Source: Clostridiales bacterium (GTDB taxonomy: Bacteria > Bacillota > Clostridia > Lachnospirales > JAQSXR01). From it: a DNA stretch of 64,000 nucleotides. Of the stretch, positions 9,299 to 18,747 are shown in pieces (positions within the stretch are counted from its first letter, which is position 1; every line of letters starts with the position of its first letter). The stretch spans positions 72,272 through 136,271 of the forward strand of contig JAQSXR010000002.1 in assembly GCA_029256575.1 (NCBI GenBank), written 5' to 3'. The notes under the pieces were generated by a model that saw only the letters and a program-made list of their open reading frames with translations, was not told the DNA's origin and made no database searches. Both the position numbers and the translations under genes were made by a program.

Positions 9299-11427
9299 AT
9301 ATCATTCCTTGCACCAACAATAACAATTTCTTCATCTGGTTCCATTAGTCCTAATTCTGTATCTACAACCATTTGCAATTGTTCTAAATCCATCATACCA
9401 GCATAATCTAGTACCTTACCACCAATACAGATATAAAGATCAGGTGTTAAACGAATATCACTCTTAAATACTGCTAATGCTTCCCACATTTTATTGATGA
9501 TTTCAGTTGCATCTTTTACAGTGCAACCACACGCATCTCCATCACCTCTTTGAACCTTAATAAACCCTTTTTTATCAACAATTCGAATTTGTTTTCCATC
9601 GCCTTTTTTGTTTGGGGATGCAAATACATAAAAAATATTATTTTTAGTTATAAGTTCTGTATTATTTAGTGAAGATCCCATAGATTTTGCTGCTAATTCT
9701 TTGGCTTCTACTTCCGTACAAGCTTTCAATAAATCGGTAGTCTGTACCTCTGTAGAACCTAAAGCAATTGCTGTAACTCTAGAAGTTTGAGAATCAATTT
9801 CTATTTGAACTTCGATAGAATCTGGTACCGCTCCATTGGCAATCGCCAAATTTGCCGCTTCTTTCTTAATATCAGCTATATCTTGTTTTGAAGGAGTTGG
9901 AATTGTACGTTCAACTACATCACGTACCATTGCAAGTGCTACACCAATAGAAGAAATAACTTCTGCATTTTCAGGAATATTATATTCTAACCCCATATGA
10001 TTTGCTGTATAAGGTAGTAATGCTGCAGCTCCACCACCTACACCAACTAATGAAATTTGATCTTTTTCAATTTTATATTTTTCTGCCATCATTTCAATAA
10101 CTGGCTTAATTTTTTCATAAGATTTTGCTAAGATAGCTTCTGCAACTTGTTCAACTGTCATATTCATATGTTTTGCAAGTGGTTCCATCGCTTTTCTTGC
10201 AGCAGCTGGATTACCATATGAATAATGATCAGGTGTAACAATTCCAAGAACGTTTGCCGCACAACTATTTGTAATAGTTATTCTTTTACCATTCTTTAAT
10301 TTAATCGCTACATAATCTGCTGGATCGCCTTTTTTTGGTGAAAAGAATTCTACTTGAGGGTCCACTATTTCAGCTTCGTCTGTGTATACTGAATATGGCA
10401 TACCTGCAATGTGTGCACTTCTAGGGCCAACGTCTGTAATTCCTTCTTTTGAAGCTCGAACCATACTACCACCGGCAATACCAAGAACACGAACATCAAG
10501 TGAATTGATATATGTTGGGTGTCCACCTACAACTGTGTAATCAACTGCAGGACGACCATTTTTAATAACACCAATATTGGTACTTGTTCCTCCTACTTCG
10601 AAATAAACACCATTTGAAGCTCTAAGATACATTAGCGCACCAACTACACTGGCAGCTGGTCCAGAAAGCATTGTAAGAACTGGACGTTTCTTCATTTCAC
10701 TAATGTCCATTACTCCGCCATCCCCTCTCATAATCATGAGTGGTACTTTTATACCTGCTTTACGTACACTTTGTTCAGTACTAGTTGCAGTTTCAAGCAT
10801 TTTAGGTAAAATACTCGCATTTATTGCAGCTGTTCTTGTTCTTCTTGTTAATCCATACAATTTACTTATTTCTGAGGCTACGGATACTGGAATTCCATGT
10901 TTTCCTGCAATGCTTTGAATTTGTTGTTCTTCCGTGAAATCATCTACACCAAATGCCTTGGAAGCAACGATAACACTAGTTCCTTCATTCTTAAGTTCTG
11001 TGATTGCGCGTTCAACTGAGTCCTTATTAAAGGCTTTCTTTGGTAAATAAGTATGATGAATCTTAATTATTCTTCCAGTTCCTAAATCTATATCCGCTAT
11101 CTTACTTTGTTTCTTAGCAAGCCAACCTTCTATACCACCTTTTCCAGTTGCTAGAATACCAACCTCAGCAACATCGCCTTCTAGTAACGCATTAGTCGCT
11201 TGTGTTGTACTATGTGCAATGAAAATAACATCCTCTGGATCAATATTGTTAGCAGTTAAACATAATTTAAATGCTTCAATAACTCCAGCTGCAACACCCA
11301 TTTCATGGTCATGAGAAGTCATTACAGAACCTTTACCAATAATATCATGTGTTTCGTTATCTATCGCAACAGCTTTCGTATGTGTTCCGCCAACATCAAT
11401 TCCTACACGAATCGCTCTTTTTTTCAT
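9295..11427 (-). CDS. Hydantoinase/oxoprolinase-family (ASKHA fold) protein
   Basis: N-terminus IRVGIDVGGTHTKAV is an ASKHA phosphate-1 motif. Later motifs include GDGG and EVGGTSTN. 710 aa. Confidence 0.7.
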   Translation of the reverse strand: MKKRAIRVGIDVGGTHTKAVAIDNETHDIIGKGSVMTSHDHEMGVAAGVIEAFKLCLTANNIDPEDVIFIAHSTTQATNALLEGDVAEVGILATGKGGIEGWLAKKQSKIADIDLGTGRIIKIHHTYLPKKAFNKDSVERAITELKNEGTSVIVASKAFGVDDFTEEQQIQSIAGKHGIPVSVASEISKLYGLTRRTRTAAINASILPKMLETATSTEQSVRKAGIKVPLMIMRGDGGVMDISEMKKRPVLTMLSGPAASVVGALMYLRASNGVYFEVGGTSTNIGVIKNGRPAVDYTVVGGHPTYINSLDVRVLGIAGGSMVRASKEGITDVGPRSAHIAGMPYSVYTDEAEIVDPQVEFFSPKKGDPADYVAIKLKNGKRITITNSCAANVLGIVTPDHYSYGNPAAARKAMEPLAKHMNMTVEQVAEAILAKSYEKIKPVIEMMAEKYKIEKDQISLVGVGGGAAALLPYTANHMGLEYNIPENAEVISSIGVALAMVRDVVERTIPTPSKQDIADIKKEAANLAIANGAVPDSIEVQIEIDSQTSRVTAIALGSTEVQTTDLLKACTEVEAKELAAKSMGSSLNNTELITKNNIFYVFASPNKKGDGKQIRIVDKKGFIKVQRGDGDACGCTVKDATEIINKMWEALAVFKSDIRLTPDLYICIGGKVLDYAGMMDLEQLQMVVDTELGLMEPDEEIVIVGARNDI

Positions 11428-11530
11428 ATTAATTATCTCCTTTTTTTATAAGTATCTCCTAAGTTTTACATCTTTATGACTAAAACTTAGGAGACTATTT
11501 ACCTACTATAGTGATACAAATTTATTACTA

Positions 11531-12823
11531 CTATCTACCGAAGAAGAAGTATACTAATCCAGTATTAATTGCACATATTGCCCAGCCCCAAAGTACGCCA
11601 GAGGTTAAGAATTCCTTCGTTGTTGTTTTTGAATAATTAATACCCCATAAGTTCCAAGATTGAGTTGGACAACAAGATATGTTCATTGTAATTGTTGGAA
11701 TATAAATTAATGGGAACAAGAATGCTGCTGAAAATGTACCTACACTATTTAATATTGCAAGTGTAGCGGAACCTGCACCAAATACAGTTAATGGACCTCT
11801 AAATAATCCTAATGGAGCGATTACTGCAAATAGAATACAGATAAGCAATGTACTTGATGGCATAATTTCACCTAAGATACCTTGGAAAAATACTGCATTT
11901 AATCCTGATACCTTATTAAACATTGGAAGGATAAATAAGAATCCAAGCAATGAAGCTACGTCAACAACACCATCGTAAAATGTCTTTGTAATGATTCTTT
12001 CGCAATCTTTATATGATTTAATATTACCAGTAACAAATAAAGCATAGAAAGATGCTACAAGGAATGCAGGGATTGGTTGCCATTTAAATACAATCGCTAA
12101 TACAACTGGTATAATAGGAGTGAATAATGCATACCAAGGTGCTTGTCCATCATTGTTTAAGCTACCTGCTGTTGCTGCCCAAGAATGATTAACATTAGTT
12201 TTTCTAAGTCTCACACCGATCATAATAAAGATTACTACTAATTGTACTGCCATTGCTGCAAATCCAAATTTAAGATAATTATTATCATATTGGAAGCCTT
12301 CAAAAATACCTTGCATTTGTTTGAAAAGAACTAAGTTTACATACATACCAGAACCAACTGACATTAAGTATGATGAAACTGCTAATGGTTTTGGAACACC
12401 AAGTGATAGTAATATTGGTAATACAATAACACCAATTGCTACAACTGCACCTGCTCCGAATGTACTTGTGAATATTAACCCAGTTACAAAACAAAGAAGA
12501 ATTGTTGTAACCATTGGTTTATCTCCACCAAGTTCTACTGTTTTTCTAATAATAGTTGAAGCTACACCTGTCTTAACTAATACTTGACCAAACCAGCTAC
12601 CAAAAATAACTACTACTGCGGTTGCACCCCAACTTTCAGGTCCACCTTGGAATACTACTTTTTGTGCCTGTTCCCATGTGATTACTCCACCTACCATACC
12701 GAGTGCCACCCAAACAATAGCCATGACCAAGAACCCGATCATTAAGTTACCGCCTTTTACTGCATAAAATGTAAATCCTGCAAACGTGAGTAACAAAATA
12801 ATACCAATAACTGTTTCTAACAT
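11531..12823 (-). CDS. Ion-transporter-superfamily permease (GntP/CitMHS-like)
   Basis: 430 aa, roughly 12 hydrophobic segments, embedded in a sugar-acid operon. The exact family was not determined. Confidence 0.55.
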   Translation of the reverse strand: MLETVIGIILLLTFAGFTFYAVKGGNLMIGFLVMAIVWVALGMVGGVITWEQAQKVVFQGGPESWGATAVVVIFGSWFGQVLVKTGVASTIIRKTVELGGDKPMVTTILLCFVTGLIFTSTFGAGAVVAIGVIVLPILLSLGVPKPLAVSSYLMSVGSGMYVNLVLFKQMQGIFEGFQYDNNYLKFGFAAMAVQLVVIFIMIGVRLRKTNVNHSWAATAGSLNNDGQAPWYALFTPIIPVVLAIVFKWQPIPAFLVASFYALFVTGNIKSYKDCERIITKTFYDGVVDVASLLGFLFILPMFNKVSGLNAVFFQGILGEIMPSSTLLICILFAVIAPLGLFRGPLTVFGAGSATLAILNSVGTFSAAFLFPLIYIPTITMNISCCPTQSWNLWGINYSKTTTKEFLTSGVLWGWAICAINTGLVYFFFGR

Positions 12824-12866
12824 AATATTTCCTCCTTAGATGTGTTTAATCATTAGCATTCTATTA

Positions 12867-13625
12867 TTAGAATGAATAACGTTCTTTTAATATAGCGATT
12901 TCCTTAGTAAGTTGCGCCACTGCGTCTGTTCCACATGGGTATTCCAATGCAAGTGGTATATTCTTTGGTAAGATAGCGAGTGTATTTTCCCAATCAACAT
13001 CTCCTTCACTCAATAAAACTAATTTGGGAGGTTTGTTTCCTAGCACATCCTTAAGATGAATATACGAAACATATTCTTTTAATAAAGAAGCATTGGTCAC
13101 AGGATCTTCTCCTTGCCATACCCAATTACCAATATCAAAAGTAACAGATACATTACTACCTATTTTTGTAACTTCATCCATAAATCTTTTGATTTTGTCT
13201 ACTTTTCCACCCTCAGGTGTTTGATCATTCTCTACTGTTAGTTTAATTAAGTATTGATCACATAATGTATTTAACACTTGAATGTCGGCTTCGTTAATCG
13301 TCTCAACTTCACCAATATTCATCTTTAAATTCGTACAGTTCATCGAAAAGGCTTCTTTAAAATAATTTTCAATACTTTCACTTTGAAGAATTCCATTTTT
13401 ATAGAGTAAATCTGGAACAGAATAAAATAGATTAATATTGAACTCTTTTGATTTCTTTTTTATTTCATTTAATTCACTTTCAAAATCAACTATAAATTCT
13501 CTTCGAATTTCTGCATTGCTAACACCTACTTTATGAATTTCTTTCAGTAGTTCTTGTTGCAAAATCCCTAGTTGCATTTGTTCGAGAAATACTAATGTGT
13601 TAATTACTAATAATTCATCTTTCAT
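12867..13625 (-). CDS. Sugar phosphate isomerase/epimerase (xylose-isomerase-like TIM barrel)
   Basis: About 250 aa with IHLKD and ALEYP-type motifs typical of AP-endonuclease-2/xylose-isomerase-like TIM barrels. Confidence 0.6.
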   Translation of the reverse strand: MKDELLVINTLVFLEQMQLGILQQELLKEIHKVGVSNAEIRREFIVDFESELNEIKKKSKEFNINLFYSVPDLLYKNGILQSESIENYFKEAFSMNCTNLKMNIGEVETINEADIQVLNTLCDQYLIKLTVENDQTPEGGKVDKIKRFMDEVTKIGSNVSVTFDIGNWVWQGEDPVTNASLLKEYVSYIHLKDVLGNKPPKLVLLSEGDVDWENTLAILPKNIPLALEYPCGTDAVAQLTKEIAILKERYSF

Positions 13626-13636
13626 GCTATTCTCCT

Positions 13637-14257
13637 TTATCTATTTGCCTCAATTAGTTTTTGACAACGCCTTCTTAGTTCATCTAGATTTGTTTTATCA
13701 ATTCCTTTTGTTAAGTATCCACCAAACCCGACAGCATATGCACCGCTTCCAAACCATTCCTTAATATTTGTGTCATCTACACCACCAGTTGGCATTAATT
13801 CAATAAATGGCATAGGGGCTTTAATACCCTTTATCATTTTAGGAGAAATACAGTCACCAGGAAATAGTTTAACAACGTCACATCCTAATTTATATGCACG
13901 GAACACTTCAGTTGGTGTAGCTGCTCCCAGTGAACATAAGATGTCATTTTCTCTGCAATATTCTCCAACCTCATCTACGATGCAAGGTGCAACAATAAAA
14001 TCTGCTCCATTCTCGTGTGCCAATTTAGCCTGTTCTTTACTAAGTACAGTACCGGCTCCGATTAATGCACTAGGTAGTTCACTTTTCAAGTCAGAGATTA
14101 CTTTTTCAGCACCATTGACAGAAAAGGTGATTTCTAATGTATCAATTCCTGCATCTACTAAAGTATGGCAAATTGCTTTTGCTGTATCTGGATCTTCATT
14201 TCTAATTACAGCAATAAGTTTACCTTTAATTGCTTGTTTTGCTTGCTCTTTTGTCAT
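13637..14257 (-). CDS. eda: KDPG/KHG aldolase
   Basis: LIAVIR...LEITF...GAGTV...VKLFPG...PTGG motifs of the Eda family. Confidence 0.85.
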   Translation of the reverse strand: MTKEQAKQAIKGKLIAVIRNEDPDTAKAICHTLVDAGIDTLEITFSVNGAEKVISDLKSELPSALIGAGTVLSKEQAKLAHENGADFIVAPCIVDEVGEYCRENDILCSLGAATPTEVFRAYKLGCDVVKLFPGDCISPKMIKGIKAPMPFIELMPTGGVDDTNIKEWFGSGAYAVGFGGYLTKGIDKTNLDELRRRCQKLIEANR

Positions 14258-14267
14258 TTGCTACCTC

Positions 14268-15329
14268 CTATCCATTGCTATTTCTCAGTCTATATGGTGT
14301 TGTTGAGCCTCTTACCACTAATTTAGGTGGTATTTCCGAGTATTTCTTCTTTCCATCATTTCCCGCTTCTATTCTCTTTAGTAATAGTTGAGCTGCCTTA
14401 ACTCCAGTCTTATAAGAATCTTGTGCAATTGTAGTTATTCCTGGTTCAATTAAGGAAGTCCATTCCCAATCATCAAAGCTACAAACTCCGAAGTCCTTTG
14501 CTATTTCCATCTTTTCTTGTTTCATTGAATGCAGTATATTAAGAAGCGCTACTCCGTTTACTGCAAAGATTGCAATTTCATCATTCGGATAACTATTCTT
14601 TAGATCTTTTAAATAATTACGACACACTTGCGTATTATTCTTATCTAATATATAGGTAAAATGATTTCCATCAATTCCATAAAGTTTTGCCATTGCATCG
14701 ATATATGCGCTATGTCTAATATAACGACTACTGTTATTACCAATCTCAAGAGTAAAAAAAACAACTTTATCATATCCTTGGTTTTTTAAAAATTTGAAAC
14801 AGTCAAAGGTAGAATCGTAATTCTCGGTAGTTATAGTATCAAGCAAAAAACGATTTTTCAAACATCTATCTGCCATTACGATTGGAAGTCCTTGATTATT
14901 TAAATCAATTAAATAATCATCAATATATCCAGTAGTATTTACAATCAAGCCTTCTAATTGGTTATCTAATAGTGATTTGATACTTTCTATTTCACTTTCT
15001 GGTCTATTGTCCGTATTGGAGAACAATACTTGATATCCATTTTTCCTACACACATCATTAACACCTTTTACGATATAAGAGGAGAAAGGATTTGTTATAT
15101 CCGCAATTATGCAACCCACAGCTCCGCTCTTATGAGATTTCAAACTTCTTGCTATGTTACTAGGTCTATAATCTAATTCTTCAATAACTTTTTGAATCTT
15201 TTCCCTTGTCTTTACTGACATATATTCAAATTTTCCGTTCAAGTACCTTGATATTGTAGTGGTAGACACTCCTGCATCGCTGGCTACTTGATCGATTGTT
15301 GTCTTAGCCCTCTTTATATTGTTATTCAT
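14268..15329 (-). CDS. LacI family transcriptional regulator (first gene of the catabolic operon)
   Basis: HTH TIDQVASDAGVSTTTISRYLNG followed by a sugar-binding core. Confidence 0.9.
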   Translation of the reverse strand: MNNNIKRAKTTIDQVASDAGVSTTTISRYLNGKFEYMSVKTREKIQKVIEELDYRPSNIARSLKSHKSGAVGCIIADITNPFSSYIVKGVNDVCRKNGYQVLFSNTDNRPESEIESIKSLLDNQLEGLIVNTTGYIDDYLIDLNNQGLPIVMADRCLKNRFLLDTITTENYDSTFDCFKFLKNQGYDKVVFFTLEIGNNSSRYIRHSAYIDAMAKLYGIDGNHFTYILDKNNTQVCRNYLKDLKNSYPNDEIAIFAVNGVALLNILHSMKQEKMEIAKDFGVCSFDDWEWTSLIEPGITTIAQDSYKTGVKAAQLLLKRIEAGNDGKKKYSEIPPKLVVRGSTTPYRLRNSNG

Positions 15330-15353
15330 AGCATCCCCCTTTCTAATAGTTTA

Positions 15354-15430
15354 GAAACCGATTAACAAAGCCTTCAAAAAATAATACGCTTGTTTTCACT
15401 GGTATTAATCGATTTACGAAACCGATAAAC
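15354..15430. promoter_or_regulatory. Three related candidate LacI-type operator boxes
   Basis: gaaaccgattaac (15354-15366), ttaatcgattta (15405-15416, containing the perfect palindrome aatcgatt) and gaaaccgataaac (15418-15430). All lie upstream of the LacI-headed operon. Confidence 0.35.
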
Positions 15431-15622
15431 ATAAACTATATTTTTATTATATATAAAACTGCACAGTATGTCAATTATTATTTCTGTTATTCTATACAAT
15501 TTGCATATAGAAAATTATGTAATTGCGATAAACCCTATAATCTATACACAATTCTATCGATATTCAGCACCAGTTTTATAAATTCTTGTTATATATCAAT
15601 TTAAATTAATATAATTATGCGT

Positions 15623-15658
15623 AAAAAAATTGAGGGAGAAGATAATATTCTCTCTCAA
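15623..15658 (-). terminator. Intrinsic terminator after the histidine kinase gene
   Basis: The minus-strand RNA forms ugagagaga/ucucccuca (one mismatch) followed by a U7 tract. Confidence 0.6.
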
Positions 15659-15686
15659 ACTAATTTAGTATTCTTAACAATATGTA

Positions 15687-17084
15687 TTAAAGACCTAACG
15701 TAAAGCCAATTTCACAACCTTCATTTTGTCTACTCTTACAATATATCTCTCCCCCATGCTCATTTATAATATATTTACAGATAGATAACCCTAGCCCAGA
15801 ACCAGGAACACTTGAACTTCTTGATTTCTCTGCACGGTAAAATTTATCAAATAGATATGGTATATCATTTGAGCTGATTCCAATACCATTATCCTTCACT
15901 TTCACCAGAATTTCGCGGTCTATTTTCTCAGCTGTAATGGTTATCTGTCCCACCTTGTCACCCATATATTTCATACTATTTTCAACTAAATTATACATCA
16001 CTTCTGAAATCCTTTTTTTATCAATGTTTACTAGTGCTTCTGAACAATTTATTTCATAAGAAAAGCCAATACTTTTTTGTGTTATATAGTTATTGAGTTC
16101 TTTCATAAGGGGTTCAAAGTATTTTATAAAGTATGTTTCTTTACAATTAATATCTAACTGTTTCAACTCCGCATTTGAACACTTTAGCAATTCATCAATC
16201 ATTCCTATTAACAAATCTGTTTTATTAATAATAATGTTAACATACTCCTCTTGCTTATGAGGATTTTTTGCAATATGATCTCTAAGCGCTTCACTATATG
16301 CTTTGATTGTTGAGATTGGGGTCTTTAAATCATGTGAAATACACGAAATCAACTCTTGTTGGGATTTCTTAAGTGATTCTTCTCTAAGTTGTTTTTCTTT
16401 CAATTCATCTCGCATAATTTCAAATGAATAAGTGAGCTCTCCCACTTCATTTTCCCTTACTCTTCTTCCATAAATTCGAACCACTTCTAAATTATAATTT
16501 CCTGCAATGATTCCTTTTGCAGATTCACTAATCTCACGCAATGGTGTTAAGATGCACTTATTACAGTAAACTGTCCGAATAAAAGTTAATATAATACAAA
16601 TAATCATTCCAATTATGATAGGTAAAAAAACTTCATACACTTGCTCAACTTGAGTCTTCATCATTACTTCATTTTGGGGAACTAAAAAAGTAACAAACCC
16701 ATTTGTAATTTTGTTTTTTTCCAAAACAAAACTTTCTTTCACTAAATTATTATTTTTAATGTAAAAACTTCGATCAAACTGTAGCATCTCTTGTACATTA
16801 ATGGAATCCCCTATATATGCTTCAAAAGGCTTCTCACAATACAAAACATTTCCATCTAATTCAAACACAATATAAGGATATTTACCTGTTTCATATATCC
16901 CCTTTTCTATCTCACTTTTTTGTTTGGAAACAAGTATTCTGATTTGATTATCATACAAATTCAAATCCGCTTCTTTAAAAAGATAAGTACTCCAAAATAC
17001 TGATGTTAAAAGAACGACTACTATTATAGTAGCCGTTATTATATTTACTTTAAATAGTTTTTTAGTCATTATTCGCATAGTCAA
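15687..17084 (-). CDS. Sensor histidine kinase
   Basis: Two TM segments flank a roughly 120-aa extracytoplasmic region. H-box SHDLKTPIS is present, with N/G boxes (NSMKY, DNGIGI, GSGLGLS). Confidence 0.9.
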   Translation of the reverse strand: MTMRIMTKKLFKVNIITATIIVVVLLTSVFWSTYLFKEADLNLYDNQIRILVSKQKSEIEKGIYETGKYPYIVFELDGNVLYCEKPFEAYIGDSINVQEMLQFDRSFYIKNNNLVKESFVLEKNKITNGFVTFLVPQNEVMMKTQVEQVYEVFLPIIIGMIICIILTFIRTVYCNKCILTPLREISESAKGIIAGNYNLEVVRIYGRRVRENEVGELTYSFEIMRDELKEKQLREESLKKSQQELISCISHDLKTPISTIKAYSEALRDHIAKNPHKQEEYVNIIINKTDLLIGMIDELLKCSNAELKQLDINCKETYFIKYFEPLMKELNNYITQKSIGFSYEINCSEALVNIDKKRISEVMYNLVENSMKYMGDKVGQITITAEKIDREILVKVKDNGIGISSNDIPYLFDKFYRAEKSRSSSVPGSGLGLSICKYIINEHGGEIYCKSRQNEGCEIGFTLGL

Positions 17085-17128
17085 TAACCCAAGGTTTCCG
17101 TCTTAAGCCAAGACTATTCTCCCCTCCC

Positions 17129-17827
17129 TTACATTAGACTTTCAATGGACAATTTATACCCTGCACCCCATACTGTTTTTATGTAATCCAAATTATACTT
17201 CGAAAGCTTTTCACGGATACGGTTCACATATACGGTAACACTATTATCATCACAGCACTCACTATATCCCCATATATTATTATAGATTTGCTCTTTCGAG
17301 AATACTTGACTAGGATTTTGTGAAAAGAAATATAGCATATCAAACTCCTTCGTAGTCAACGGTAAAACTTCTCCTCTTGCTGTAGCTACATAAGAGATCT
17401 TGTTCATAATAAGCTCCCCTATAACTACTTTATCGACTAAAGTGTTTACATTACTTTTTGTTCCATTATATCTTCGAAGATTGGCTTTTACTCTTGCAAC
17501 CAGTTCGAGTGGGCTGAAAGGTTTCGTTACGTAATCATCTGCCCCGATTCCAAGAGCAATTACTTTATCCATTTCTCCGCTCTTCGCCGATATCATTATA
17601 ATTGGTACATCCGACTTATCACGAATTTCTTTACAGAGATCAAATCCATTTACCTTAGGAAGCATGATATCCAAAAGAATTAAATTAGGTTTATTTGATG
17701 CAAAACAAGCACGACCTTCTTCACCAGTTAATGCAATTATTGGTGTAAACCCCTCAACCTCAAGGTATGCTGCAAGTATGTCTGCTAATTCTTTTTCATC
17801 TTCAACAATTAGTATCTTTTCTCTCAT
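17129..17827 (-). CDS. OmpR-family response regulator
   Basis: Receiver domain (ILIVEDE...LLDIMLP) plus a winged-helix C-terminus (TVWGAGYKL). Confidence 0.9.
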   Translation of the reverse strand: MREKILIVEDEKELADILAAYLEVEGFTPIIALTGEEGRACFASNKPNLILLDIMLPKVNGFDLCKEIRDKSDVPIIMISAKSGEMDKVIALGIGADDYVTKPFSPLELVARVKANLRRYNGTKSNVNTLVDKVVIGELIMNKISYVATARGEVLPLTTKEFDMLYFFSQNPSQVFSKEQIYNNIWGYSECCDDNSVTVYVNRIREKLSKYNLDYIKTVWGAGYKLSIESLM

Positions 17828-17972
17828 ACCCTTCTCCTTATAATCCTATATAAAGTCATATCTATATCTTTCTATTGGTAAATTCCAGAATTATTCTACT
17901 AAATTATATCTAACTTTTTACAATTAATCAACACTTTACCAGTTTGTGTTAATACCTTTATTGTGTTAACAC

Positions 17973-18734
17973 CTACCAACCTTTTTCACTAAGAAATTTA
18001 AATACTACTTCTTCTCTATCTTTACTATTTGAAATATCATATTCATCAAGTTGTAAATCTCCATCAATACGTCCATCTTTTAGGTAAATAATTCGGTTCC
18101 CACGTATTGCGGCCTTTAAGTCATGTGTTACCATCACAACAGATTGACCTTCTAAATTAATATTAGTAAAAATATCAAGAACATCTTTTCCTTGTGATGA
18201 ATTTAAAGAACCCGTTGGTTCATCTGCAAATAGTACTTTAGGATTATTAATTAAAGCACGGCAAATTGCTACTCTTTGTTTTTCACCACCTGACATTTGG
18301 TTCGGAAATTTTTTCTTTTGCATCGATAAATGCATTTTTTCTAATAAGCTATCAATTTTATCTTCTATCTCTTTTCTTATTACCTTTGTTTTGTAAGTTG
18401 GACTTAATATATTTTCATAAACGGTTAGATTAGGAATCAAGTGAATTCCTTGGAATACAAAGCCAAGTTTTTCTTTTCTTAACTTAGCCATATCTTTTTC
18501 TTTTAAATTTGTAATATATTGATTTTCAAATAACACTTTCCCAGTTGTTACTTCGTCCATTCCACTTATTGAATAAAGCAACGTTGATTTTCCTGATCCT
18601 GAGCTTCCCATTATTACTGTAAAATCCCCCTCATATATTTCCATATCTAAATTTTTAATTACATTGTTAATTTCTCCATCACTAACAAAGCTTTTGCATA
18701 ATATTTCTGTTTTAATAATAACCTTTTTCTTCAT
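17973..18734 (-). CDS. ABC transporter ATP-binding protein (MacB/BceA-like)
   Basis: Walker A GSSGSGKST, signature MSGGEKQR, Walker B LFADEPTG. Confidence 0.9.
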   Translation of the reverse strand: MKKKVIIKTEILCKSFVSDGEINNVIKNLDMEIYEGDFTVIMGSSGSGKSTLLYSISGMDEVTTGKVLFENQYITNLKEKDMAKLRKEKLGFVFQGIHLIPNLTVYENILSPTYKTKVIRKEIEDKIDSLLEKMHLSMQKKKFPNQMSGGEKQRVAICRALINNPKVLFADEPTGSLNSSQGKDVLDIFTNINLEGQSVVMVTHDLKAAIRGNRIIYLKDGRIDGDLQLDEYDISNSKDREEVVFKFLSEKGW

Positions 18735-18747
18735 CTGAATATTCCTC

